A stretch of DNA of 62,040 nt, the filler included, from Choristocarpus tenellus KU-1152 (taxonomy: Eukaryota > Protista > Phaeophyceae), in the NCBI GenBank assembly GCA_964200185.2. It is 8 parts of 8 records of this genome, joined end to end, with 100 filler letters (N's around TTAATTAATTAA, not from the genome) between each part and the next. Parts side by side here need not be neighbours in the genome. Positions count along the whole stretch, not along the records: positions 16,189 to 32,328 come from CAXNAD020000868.1; positions 32,429 to 46,749 come from CAXNAD020001226.1; 6 more parts are not named here. The stretch is one strand, 5' to 3'. A model generated the notes under the pieces. That model was not told where the DNA came from. It saw only the letters and a program-made list of their open reading frames with translations, and ran no database searches. Of the stretch, positions 25,301-37,190 are shown piece after piece (position 1 is the stretch's first letter; every line of letters starts with the position of its first letter). A program made the translations under genes and the position numbers.

Positions 25301-25643
25301 TGAGGCTCATAACCTATGCAAAAGAGAGCTATTCCAATAGTCTTTTCATTATGTTGTGAGGATGTATTTATTAGCGGAGTGAGCACTACCCTCGAGGTGG
25401 AGGGGGGGTGCTCTCCCTTGTTATCTAATGCATATATCAGCAAACAAGTCAGAAATATGTTGTTACACTACGTCAGCCACTTATATTAAACAGAAGTAAG
25501 AACTCAATCCATCGAGACTTGAACCTGTTATTCTAAGAATGCGGAAACAAGTCCTTGACACTTCACTCAGTCAATACTTCTCTTGCATAATAATGGTGAC
25601 TAAGCAGATAACATATAATAGACTACCTAGCCTATATTGCACA
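22305..25643 (-). mobile_element. Complete non-autonomous Ty1/Copia LTR retrotransposon (3339 bp); 5' LTR 25643-25315, 3' LTR 22599-22305, TSD AGTTT
   Basis: Two homologous LTRs; TSD AGTTT at 22300-22304 and 25644-25648; PBS GGTTATGAGCC at 25314-25304; PPT (GGGGGAG) at 22606-22600. Contains degenerate gag with zinc knuckles, an AWGSECYV integrase-tail remnant, and EPTTYKAVLNGPDAEQWQEAMEQEM plus QLADLLTKSL. Confidence 0.92.
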
Positions 25644-26363
25644 AGTTTCAACCACAACAATATCTAGCAATCTGTGCATTGCCGCATTTTTCAGCACAGA
25701 GGTGGTTACTGAGCTCAGCAGATCTGCACTTAGGTGTTAGAGTTTTATGATTGTAGACAGGATGGGGAATATTTCTTGGTCTATGTTGACTATACCATTG
25801 CACACAAGGCACACAATGCTGGCCTATGATTGCCCCGAGGTCAACACGGGAAGAAGGATGTGATGCATGCTATCTGCAGGAGTCTTGAAATGCTTAGTTG
25901 ACAACCTTTAGAGGCTTGTGATGATGCTGTTGGAGGACTGCAAATGGTGCGACATACTGTTTGAGGCCAATATGAGGAATTATTCCCTAAATATACAAAG
26001 TCCTGCTCTTGAGACCCTTGCGTGCATATTGGCAAGTTTAACTTGCCTGCTCACCTTGCTCACATTTTTCAGCATATTGGGATATAGAAGTTTGGATGGG
26101 TTCATGCCATAGTGCTGAAAAAGGGCTTTTGGGCACATTGTTGTAAGGAATTATTCTACACAATAGTGACATGTCATACATACATGTGGTTTCCGCATCT
26201 ATATGAAGGAATTATTCGTGGGCAAGATCCTCTGGCATGCTCTGGCCTGCCTGACAAGCTGTTGTAGTTCTATGGCAGACTCTTGACATTTTTCTCCTGC
26301 CCAGGCCATTGAACCAAGAGTTGTTACATGTCCTTCAGCTTTTTCGAGCTACTCTGGGCCCCA

Positions 26364-29300
26364 TCAATCATCCAATTGGCATACTTTGAAGAAACCCATC
26401 TAGAAAAAAAAAGACTCAACAGCAAAAATAAAGCATTCTCCCTCAGCAGCAACACACTGAGTGTATGGACAGATATTTATCAGATCAAAGGAGTTAACTT
26501 TGATTCAAATTGATGCAAATATTGACATGTACATGCATATAGCACAAGGGTCATTACATCAAGTTGAAGGGAGCTTAGGTACTTGGGCAGACACAAGCAA
26601 TTCATCAAGGTATACCCTATCCAAAAAGCTCCGCACAGATTTTGATGACCAGTGGGCAAGCACATGATTCCTCATGGCTATTGCTTCGATATTCTGCCCA
26701 AAATTTATCCCTGCAAGCATCTCCTGTTGAGGTTGACAGCAGGTGGCAAGACAGCAATTTGATTAGAGATAGCAACAACACCATTAGGGGTAGTGCACTC
26801 CACAAAAGAACCAGGCACACTGGGAGTGAAAGCAGTGGGTGGGGGAGAGGGTGGGACCACTGAGGTGCACATTACAGAACAGAGGTTTGGTGCCTGACTC
26901 CTAGGTACTAGCAACAGGAGGAGTTGGAGGTTAACTCGGTTATAACTTGCAGAGTCGAGAGGATACAGCAGGGCAGACCTTTACTTGAGGTTGTTTGAGT
27001 GGGATAGGTGGGGATCGAAAGGCTTGGTAGCTAGGATATCACTGGGATTTCCAGCAGCCAAGTCTAACACATCAGGAAAGGGAATTTACACTCTGCACTT
27101 TGCATGTGTACAATGTTGCTGCTGTTCAACTCTTGTACAAAATGTTTTAAGATTCACGTTCTCCCCTGAACTGTCTCAAGCTAATGAAGAAAGGGGGATA
27201 CAACATCCCCTTCCTTCGCAATAGTAGAAAGCAATTGTTACCAAAAATTGTTCTGTAAAAAGTTTTGCATGTACGTTGCTTTTTTCAAGAAGTTACTTCC
27301 CCACCAAAAAATTCCCCCTACACACCTCTTTTCGCCATTGCTCATGTCCCATCATGGCTGCAAGGTCACATAGCCACCTCAGATGCTCTGATGGTGTTGG
27401 AGTCTTCCCTCCAGACCCATCTTGTCTAGTCCCAGCACCATCCCCAGACCCAACAGCCTGTTTCCATTGTGAAAGGTAAGTCTCCTGTGGGACACCTTGT
27501 CTACATAAATCTTCCCTTGTCCAAGGACAAGAGTCTCTACAATTTCTGGTGTGATTGGGAGTCGGCCACAGAAAGGCAGTTGTCCCTCCTGTCCCAGGGG
27601 TGCACACCAGATTCCTCTTCCCTCTCTTGAAGTCACTCTGTGGGGTGGAAGTGACGGGAGGGATAGGGAGAGTCCCTTCCTCCTCTGCCTGAAGTATTGT
27701 CTGCTTTAAAAAGCCCTTTGCCTGTGACGTAGTCTCATCATGACTTGGGAGGAGGCTGTTCTCTCCTTCAAAGACACCCCTGACGCCAACTTCAACCCTG
27801 CTCCAGCCATCACCACCTCTCTTGTGCCCATGCCCTCCTTTGGTGATAGGTGAGTGTACCCTTAAGGCTTCAGAGCGATGAAGGTGCCAGGCGTCAGCAA
27901 GGATTGCCTCCACTTGGGAAACCTCCTCACACCAGAAGATAGAATGGTGAGGAGGAAGAAGGGGTTGGAGTTACTCATTACTTGCTACCTACATTCTGTT
28001 TCTAGTGCTAACACCAAGTTCAATTTGTGGATGCACAAACGTTGCTCCTTTGATCTGGCTTTGTTTTGCCTCTCTAGAAATCCTCACAGAATATGGTGAT
28101 GAGGATGTCATGATTGCACCAACTGTGCTAATATAAAGTTCCGCCATCAACCATGTCCTCCCACCATTTGGTCACTTCCTGCACATGCTGCATAATAGAA
28201 TTCCTAATGGAAACCACATTCTGCAGAATTGAAACCCACAGTTCAGTAGACCACACCTGGCCTACACATCTCATACTTTGGAAGGGGAAGTTTTCACTTT
28301 GAAACGGACACATACTCATGACTGTATCTTCTTGCAAAATTGCACCCACCTGCCCCCTCATCTGATGCACCAGGGCTCGGGTAAGACGCATTACTCGTTC
28401 AGCCTCTGTGGAGTGCTTGTGGATAAGGAGAGGGCGCAGGCTGGGGAGATCCCCCAAGCCCCCAAGACTAATGTTTTCCTTATCCTGTTGTGTTAGGGTT
28501 GAACATTGACACATATCAGGTAGCTTCGAGCATTGCTAAAATCTCAGTTACCGCAATCTTTGTTGTTCAAGACATTGCTGTATTTCATTGTACAATGACA
28601 GCTCTATATGGGTTTGGAGTTTGATTTTGCTTATACTAGTACCCATGCACTTTGCATCGCATTCCCACCCCCTTTACCACTCCAACCTACCCAATGTCTC
28701 AAACACTTTCAACCAACACCATCCATCTTGATGTAATGTGGTCCTGTGAATACAGGTCTGGTGAGGTTTCAGCTATCACAGAAAAAAATCATCTTTACAG
28801 ACACAAAGTACAGCAACACTATAGGGGGAAGGCGAAGGTTGAGAAGGAGTGGAGTGGATCGGTACACTTACCTTTTCTTCAGGCTCCAGCATTTGCATAC
28901 GGTCTAGAAGGTGGGAGACTGAGCTCAGTGCCCGTTGTGCATCCTCCTCTCCCTCACACCAGCCCTGGTACTAGGGTTAGGGGTTCGTGATACTGCTTTG
29001 GGCAAGGATGCACAAAAGAGTCCTGGGAGCTTCACACATCTCTCTGATATCACACTGGTTGAAATACAGCTCAAACCTACAAACTTATGTGTAGTGAGTG
29101 GAAATGGCGCTGAAAAAAATTGGAGGGTTAGGTTAGGATGATAAAATCTTGAAAACGGAGAGGAGGGAGGGGGGATAAGTCCACATACTACCATGGTAGC
29201 CGAATCGAGACTCTGAACAGAAAGTATGACCCAATGGATCATAAAAAGTCAAACCAAGACGACGTGAAAATATAATATCCCTTCATAGCCGACATCAGAG

Positions 29301-29599
29301 TCGCAACTCGGAGGTTCTCAGGTAATCACTTGAGGTGGTCCAATATCAACGAGTATGACATGTCCAGGACAGCTTTAATCTCTTTGCCACTTTTACTACT
29401 GCTGCTTCTACAATGAGCGTTGACACAACCTCCCATAGTTGAATTTTCGTTTCACCTCTTTTGCAGCCTGGTGGAAAAGGGTGCGGTATCGCCTCTGGAT
29501 TTGTCGCAACTTGGCAGGACTTGGACTTGAACCTCCACTCGCTAATGTAGAGTCCACATCGACGTAATTTTGAGAAGATAATCGTCCAGGGGTCTCCAT
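26364..29599 (-). CDS. Multi-exon gene of unknown function (e.g. exons 28970-28872, 28484-~28320, ~27922-27476; exact structure uncertain)
   Basis: Several open, GT-AG-bounded segments (YQGWCEGEEDAQRALSSVSHLLDRMQMLEPEEK|DKENISLGG...). Divergent from SRP54. Confidence 0.45.
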
Positions 29600-30473
29600 G
29601 ATTCCGTGCAAGCCCTAACCCACAAGTGGACGTAAAGATTAGCCTAAGAGCAGCTGCCATCATGAACGCATTACGATCATAACTCTTCATATCCATATCG
29701 CAATATGTGCTGGTGACCGTCCGAATCTTCTACTGGAAAAGAGTTACATATACTTGAAGTCAGAATGGTTTGATATCTGAGCCTTTGATCAACCTCAAAG
29801 ACAACTGAGAGGGCATAACAACAGTCAATCCACCTAATTGGTATGATTTGACTCAGGTACACTACCCAAACACCGAAGCGATCTCGTGGAAGTAGAGGAG
29901 ACCGATCTTGCTTTCTCTCTTGTTAGACCCTACGAGAAACACCATCTTATGCTTTGCTTACATTTGTAAGCTACCCGTTTCTCGTTTTGTTTGTACAATT
30001 TGCTAACTAAGATGCTGGAAAGGTACATGAGGCACCAGATGGACAGAGTGTTGAAGGGTGCAAAATGCCTTCTTTGCATCGAAATTTTAGCATAGATGTT
30101 AATCGACACCAACTCTAGGCAGGTTTCCATCTAACAATCAGCCTACCTACCTTGCTGGAGATGAATCCACTGGCGCCAACGAGGCAGGTCGTGAACGAAG
30201 TGCCCACTCTAAGTAAATTTGATTGTTGATGATGGATGTGACGCAGGAAAATGTGTCAGAGTAACGCCGCGAAGGTTGTATGAGTTCCCCTTCCACTCAT
30301 CAATTCCATAAATTTTTGGGGTGTACATCCCTCCCACTCCTTAGCATTGTCTTTCTGCGAGAATACCCAATACACGGTTCACAAATCGAAGAGGAAATTC
30401 CTACCGAAGGGTAACCGACGTAAGTGAAGTGCCCTGAATTAGAAGACCATTGGTACATTATTCACTAGGAAAT

Positions 30474-30806
30474 ATGGTTCTCCAGGAACTGGGGGGAAAG
30501 CTCACGTCGGCCCTACGCCGATTGCACACCGAGACCATCGTCGATGAGGAAGTTGTGAAGGCTGTTATAGGAGACATATGTAGAGCCCTACTGGAGTCAG
30601 ATGTTAAGGTCCAGATGGTTATGAAGCTAAGGAAGAACGTCGAGGCAAAGGCGAAAATGGACCAGTCAGCACAGGCGGGGGCAGCTCAACGCCGATCCGT
30701 TCAGAAGACAGTGATGGATGAGCTGACAGCTATGCTCGATCCCAAGACTACTCCCTACAAGATGAAGAAGGGAAAAGCTAACGTAATCATGTTCGTGGGA
30801 CTACAG
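30474..30806 (+). CDS. SRP54: Signal recognition particle 54 kDa subunit, exon 1 (rest lies beyond the contig end)
   Basis: MVLQELGGKLTSALRRL...ICRALLESDV...KKGKANVIMFVGLQ|gtaacc, ending just before the expected GxGKTT P-loop. Confidence 0.93.
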
Positions 30807-33495
30807 GTAACCCTTGGTTGCAATCTGATGCCCGTATTCTCGGCTTTCAAATCCGCAACGATTACATTCACACACTCCTTGGCATTTTACCGTTGCCAGT
30901 TCATCGCATTCCTGCGAGTTTTTCCTAGAGTACATAGCAAGCACCATGCACCACCCTCTTCCGCCCCCACTGGAAAATGACGATAATCTAATCACGAGAA
31001 GTGTCCGCTGCAGACCCTCCGAACCAATCCTCCTCTTGGGGTTGCTTCTGTTTCCCCGAGAGGCCCGTTGGTCTCTCTTTATTTGCTGGGGGGGCTGGAC
31101 TGGCGACCGGCCCTCGCCTTGGACCGTGCGGTGATATCGAAGACACCTCCTTCCTAAACCCCGAGCCTCTTTGGAGAGGTTGGATAATTGGGAGGAAGGG
31201 GTGGATATTGTCGTTAGGAGCCAGGGCTGGCAGTCACCGCCCAACCGAGGGGTATCATTTATTGTAGAAATTCGGGCCCTTTGTAAAGGCGGTGTCACAA
31301 AGAACGATCACTCTACCGCGGCCTGGGGTGATTGGTACCGCGCTCTTTAGGCCCACCATGGAAGAGAATCCTCTGGGGGGTAAATTCCCCGGTGCACAGG
31401 GGAGCCGCAAAGAGGGAACTCAATGAGTGCGAATGACATGATTGGATCTATTCTCTCTGTCTTTGCTGTGCTCCCAGATTCCTCTCTCTTTATTTCTGGC
31501 TTCTCTAATATGCCGAAGAGCCTCTTTGTCTAATTCTCTCCCATGTTTCTTCCTTGGTTGGAGGATGGTGGAAGACAATGCCTCAGAGGTTCGCTCTAAC
31601 CGTCAGCTACGTGTTCCATGCCTTTGACCTCCTTCTCTTCCCTGGTCTACCTGTCCCTCCCTTTGATGGGTGCTGAGAGGCATTCTTGAGGGGATGCAGG
31701 GGGGGGGAAGAAGGCAGTGAGTGCGTTTGGGGCGAGCGCTCCTCATGTTCCCATCCTCGATGAAAGTTTACCTTGCTGGGTGTTTACGAGGAGCGCACAT
31801 GTATAGCCTCCAGTGAGTGACCAATGGTTGCTGCGGGGGGTTGGGAAAGGGGGTTCACTGTATGGCAGACCACCAGGACGACCTTCGAATTATCATTAGT
31901 AATCTGATTCCTGAATGGAATGGGGGATTAAAGCTTTTGCTTTGGTGCTGGTGCGAAGAATGAAAATTTAGGTGGAAACATAGCAGGGAGAGGGGAAAGG
32001 AGGGGTAAGGGCATTAAAACTCATTTGTTGGCCCCTTGTATGCCCTTAATACTCCCCTTCACTACATTGTCATTATTTCGGGAAACTAATTCCATTGAGG
32101 CTAGGAGAGTCCAAGGAAGTGTGAAATTTGGTCCTTCTTGGTCTTGCCATATAATCTTCATCAACAGAAGCAATTCTTTGGACATTTCACCGCCCTTGAT
32201 AAAGGCACTTTGCTTGCCCACTCTTTCTTGCCCTTCCTATGATTGTATTTTGCATGCTTGGTCTTTGTTCCTCTGGATATTGGGTTTGCCTGTCCCCCAC
32301 CAACCCCTGTGTTGGTGGTGGCCACTGGNNNNNNNNNNNNNNNNNNNNNNNNNNNNNNNNNNNNNNNNNNNNTTAATTAATTAANNNNNNNNNNNNNNNN
32401 NNNNNNNNNNNNNNNNNNNNNNNNNNNNCCCCCCCAGATACTTTGACCCAAATGTGTGAGTGAGTGAGAGGAAGATTCACACTAGCACACGTATATACGC
32501 AGACATCTGTATTGCTTGTTCTTGTGGCTTACTTCTTGAACTGAGCTAACTGCAATGAGGGCAGGTATTTGCACGACAAGGAAACCCAGAAAATCATACA
32601 TTGCACCCAATACGAGGTAGACTATCTTATTGGAAGATATGTTTAACAGGGAAATGAGAGGGCGTTGGTGGTAGGAGAGGAGGGCACCTATCTTTATGTT
32701 TTGGATAGTTTCTTGTTAAGGACGGCTGGTCTAGTCTCCCTCCGGCTACAGCTGGTGTCCCGCAAAGAAAAATGTAACAGCTGTAGCCTGAGGGCTTGGG
32801 CATGGCCTACTAACAACATGTCGATTCCGACCATGACAGGAAGTGTGTGTGCTAGATGTGCCTACTCATTACATCATGTCTCTTTTCATGAAACGCATTT
32901 ATTGATCATGGAATGACTAACCTTGACAAAAACGAAGATTCAAGTTCACTACTAGGTACTAAGTGATGGAGCCTTGACATGAGATACACAAGTTATTGTT
33001 TTTTTCGAGTGGCATGATCCCCCTGACACGATGTAATGACCATACCTTGTATCGTATTGTCATATTGAGAATTGAGCCACCAACATCATCCGTCCCAGTT
33101 TGTATATGGAATATTGTCAGTTGGGCAATATTTTCAATCATCACATCAGAATGTGAGGAAGGAGAAGTATGCACACAGTATCTGTTGATCTTGCCTCGTG
33201 TATTGATTTTGATCACGTAAACGCGCATGTGTTTTCTCACATTAGAGTGTTGATTCATAAAATCGTTAAATACTTGAGCATTATTGTCAGATAACAAACG
33301 CTAGTCAACAATGGTTGACATTTTATAAAGCATTTACTCGTCATTTCCACATGCTGGAGTATCCTCTCTATTTCGAACTACAAGATACCAGAGGTCTGTA
33401 TGCTGGCCCCATATACCTCTCGACTCGTATTCAAGGTGACCGCATTGCTGATCCCATACCCTCAGACCTTGACCTTGGTTGGGCATAATTATGCT

Positions 33496-33796
33496 GACCC
33501 AAAGTATCTGGGAGGGGGGGGGGGTCTACACCAGGGTGTCCATTTAGGTCAAAATCATCCGACGTATGCACCCAAGTCACCCAAAAATCGCGACATTAAA
33601 AAATTGCCCCCAAATGGACAGCTGCCACCCCCTCCCAGATACTTTGAGCCACACCAGAGTGTCCATTTGGACAAAACAGGGAAAAGTGCACTTTCATTAT
33701 CCATCTGATGTATGCAACCAAATCACCCAAAAATCGCGACATGAAAACATTGACCCCAAATGGACAGCCGCCACCCCCCCCCAGATACTTTGAGCC
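33496..33796. mobile_element. MITE of the CAAAGTATCT-TIR family with internal tandem duplication; TGCT on both flanks
   Basis: GACCCAAAGTATCTGGG...CCCAGATACTTTGAGCC. The right end occurs twice (ending 33650 and 33796). TGCT at 33492-33495 and 33797-33800. Confidence 0.75.
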
Positions 33797-34499
33797 TGCT
33801 ATGATGTCCACATTCAATCAACATCATTCGTATTGAGGCAGACTAATATACTGATCCCATACTCTCAGACCTCGTCAAGCTTGATTGGTATGCTGACTAA
33901 ATACCATAAACTTTTGGCTAATGATATCCTGATCAGATATTCATTAATGTCACATTCATATTTTACACTCCATTTTGTATTTATGAAGTTGTGTAATAAA
34001 ATGACGGAATTTTTTCCTAACAGTCGCACCCGTTTCTCATTTTCACTCCCACTGGTCACCTTTTCGTTGATCTCAAATCATGTTTACATGGCTTTGAGGA
34101 CCATCAGAAGGAGGAGTGATGTGGAAAGCAGGGTTGTCCATTATCATGCTGTTAATGCCGTATATTCCATATACCGCCATAACGTTTGAGGTTCCTTGTC
34201 CAGAATCCTGGGTTCCATCAGAAAATCTTCCGTAAGACAGAGTCCATGGAATCTCTTCAACAGACCTGTCTCATAGGCAGTCGACTTCTCTTCAGAGATA
34301 TGAAGAGTCATGGATTCCCTTTCATGTCATGCCTTGCCACTCTGATAATCCACACTCTCGTGGGATCTTCGCTCTCCACACTCCACTCTTCTCCTTTGAC
34401 CTGTCCTTGTCCTCTCAGTTACGGTTCCTCTTGGTCCGTCTGGTCCATCTTGCACGGCGATTTCTTCTCCACCCTGGTCTGAGCGAACGCCACCACCAC

Positions 34500-34952
34500 A
34501 GAATCACACGATTCACAAGCATAATGTTTTTTTTACATACTCTACGTCTGTCCATACAGCACAGAATAAGATTCGAACAGTGTAGCACGGCATTTATAAG
34601 GCAAGTCCTGCTTAAGTCTGGCAGGGTACAATACGGTTCTTGTTACATTTTTAATGATTTTGGAATGATTTTGGAACTTCCACGACATGGTACGGTACAG
34701 TTGATTTTTTCGAACGGTAAGAGTGCAGTAGTTCTGGAATTACTACAGAACAGTATGGTGGGAATTACGGTCGAAAGCTTTCAATAAAATATTCTCTTAT
34801 TATTATGCCCTGTGACATTTCGTAGATGTGTGAGGGAAAAGCCAAACCAAAATCAGAAGGACCCCTATAATATAACAGTTGTCCTTAAGGTAGAAAATAC
34901 CTATCCAAAACAATTTACTTTTTGGACACTACCTATTCAACAATCCTCCCTT
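34500..34952 (-). mobile_element. Probable LTR remnant preceded by a PPT
   Basis: AAGGGAGGAT followed by TGTTGAATAGG on the minus strand at 34952-34932. The other end is not resolved. Confidence 0.35.
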
Positions 34953-35061
34953 GAATTTTGATGTTCACAATGTAATGTATATACTACTGCTACGCCTCTA
35001 GGCTGGCTTAGTTCTACAAACGTGGCGAGGAGGTAGGGAAGCATCCCAAGAATCGGACAGT

Positions 35062-35411
35062 AAAGAGTTCTTATACCAAACAGAACAACTCTTAGACGAG
35101 CTATATATGTCACGAGGAGATAGGGCAGCAGAAGAGCTCATTTTTTTAAAGATATCTACAGGAGCCCTGAGTGACCTAGAAAACGTAAGCAAGATGGCTT
35201 ACACTATGGTGAGTATCTATGCCATAAATGATGAAATTGGTAACATCTCTTTCCATATCCATCAACAAATGAGTATAGCTTTACTAAACCTTATTCTGAA
35301 TCCACAGCCAAGACCATTGACGAAGAGGTGAGAGACCTGATATAAGAAGCTTATAAGTGTGCCAAAGAGTTATTACACTCTAAAAAGAAAGCGTTAGAAA
35401 GAGTAGAGTTG
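35062..35411 (+). pseudogene. ftsH: Intronless FtsH (peptidase M41 domain) gene fragment, Bacteroidota-like, with a frameshift and an in-frame stop
   Basis: KEFLYQTEQLLDELYMSRGDRAAEELIFLKISTGALSDLENVSKMAYTMVSIYAINDEIGNISFH / frameshift near 35255 / PSTNEYSFTKPYSESTAKTIDEEVRDLI*EAYKCAKELL (TAA at 35343-35345). Confidence 0.85.
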
Positions 35412-36599
35412 TGGTAATTCTGGAATTACCATGCTACGATGCAGTAACAATTACTGTCATCAAAATCCTGCAGTACAGTGGGTAAGTACTATGCTGATTG
35501 CCATATTCTTTATTACGAAAAAGTACATTATGTGAGAAATAAATAGTTGATGCAAGAAAAATATGGTGCTTTGAAGGATAGGAGATAAGTAGGAGTTAAT
35601 GAACTAGAATATACAAGTGCTCAGTAATAGAAACATTGTAGCAAGTAATCAATGTCAAGGGAGTTCCACCCATTCTGGGGATGAACCTCACTCCTTTCTC
35701 ATTGCTTCATCTATATCCTGTCCAACCCAACAAGGAATTAGTCAATACATTTATATACGAAGTCTCGAGAAATTAGCTTCTTTAACACCTTGTGGAGCGC
35801 TGTGATGGCCGTATCATTCCAGACCTGTGGCGCACCTCAACTGAATTGGTGGGTTAAAGAGCACAGAGTAAAGAGCACTGTGATGAATCTCTTCCACCAT
35901 TCCATGAGTGGTGCTTGCTCCCACAGTAACTGCCCAGATTTGTTGTGGATGATGAGTGGAGGGGCACTCTGTCTGGCTCTCTCTACCTCGAACGCTTTCA
36001 TATGTTGGTACAAACCAGCTTGATCCCACGGTAGATAAGACTTTCCATCTTCCTGGGGCAGGTATCAAGAAACTCCTGCAAGGCAGACACCCTCACCCGT
36101 TTGAGCTGCTTGCCAGCCTCCTCCAGTGCCTCCTTGAAAGAATGCGGTATTTTGGGAGTCTGTACATAATTGTTTCCGTGCCCTTCCTGTTCTTTCCAGA
36201 CATCCAGGAAGTTTGCTTGGGGTTTGTCGCTTGCTCTCTACCCTCTAGGCAGCACCCTCCGTGAAAGGGGTGTAAGGACTTCTGGGGCAGCGTCCAACAA
36301 ATAGGGCTGTGTCTGGAAGTATCATCTTGTCGACATTGATAGATACATCAGCTGCGTCCATCTTTGGCTGGCATCAACTCTTCTCCTGTGAGGATTTTTC
36401 AGTAGTTATAATCGCTTGTTCAGACTCAAGGGGGAGCTAGATACCAGGGCTTGTTGGTTGATAAAAGTATGTCCCTTACCACCTGACTGCACCTTACAAT
36501 TGGGAGGAAAGTAATCAGTCAGATGGACCGAAATCGATATGATATGCTGATCCGATTCCGTTGGCATATCGGAGTGTACCCTCACATTGCGTATGAAGC

Positions 36600-37190
36600 A
36601 GCAATCAACCTAACACGTGAGGACACAATCAAGATGAGAGAGTGAGGGTCCCTTTCCCCTTGGGTACACTGAAAAATGTGTTAACAAGTGCTAGTCTGTA
36701 CATCGCTGTAAACATTAACAGGCCTTCACCATTGTTGTTGTTCAACACATATGCCCCAATCTTGCTGTAGCGATCCTCTCCTCCCTAACCTCTCTTTCCA
36801 GTGCCGGCGTTGAAGTCCATCAGACTAAAAAGCTTGCCCTCGGGGGTAGTCTGCTGCGCACCACAGTGTGAAAATTCTTACAGAAAGCATCCTTGGCCGC
36901 CTCTAATGCCTCTTCTGCTTTGGATTAACCCACAATAACAAAGGTAACCCCAGTGGAACTTCCTATTATCACCAGCTGAGGCTTCATTATGGGTTCATCA
37001 AGTTACTCTACTTTATGAGCGGCCTTCTGTAGGATTGATTCCCTTACTGCCAAGTCAACTACATATATACCCTTGTGGTCTTCTCCCTCACTAAATATCA
37101 CCTTCTACTTGGGGTGAGATGCGTCAAGGCAAGAAATCCCACCTCTTCTCGTCTCTTGAATCCAATTACATTGCATCCACAGGCCCAAAC
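36600..37190 (-). mobile_element. Decayed LINE (RTE/CR1-like) AP-endonuclease domain; probably continues toward ~35800
   Basis: Across frameshifts: QETRRGG, VDLAVRESI, GVTFVIVG, AKDAF, MDFNAGTGKR, NNNGEGLL, LALVNTFFSVPKG. Confidence 0.75.

Noticed and set aside
29346-29696. 116-aa ORF MDMKSYDR... as a standalone gene
   Set aside because: It overlaps a more plausible first exon in another frame (METPGRL...). Neither can be confirmed without transcripts.
31008-31075. HDV-like ribozyme candidate (CAA-TCCTCCTC-TTG-GGGTTGC) in the SRP54 intron
   Set aside because: No GG for P1.1, a bulged P1, and no convincing P2 partner or catalytic C junction.
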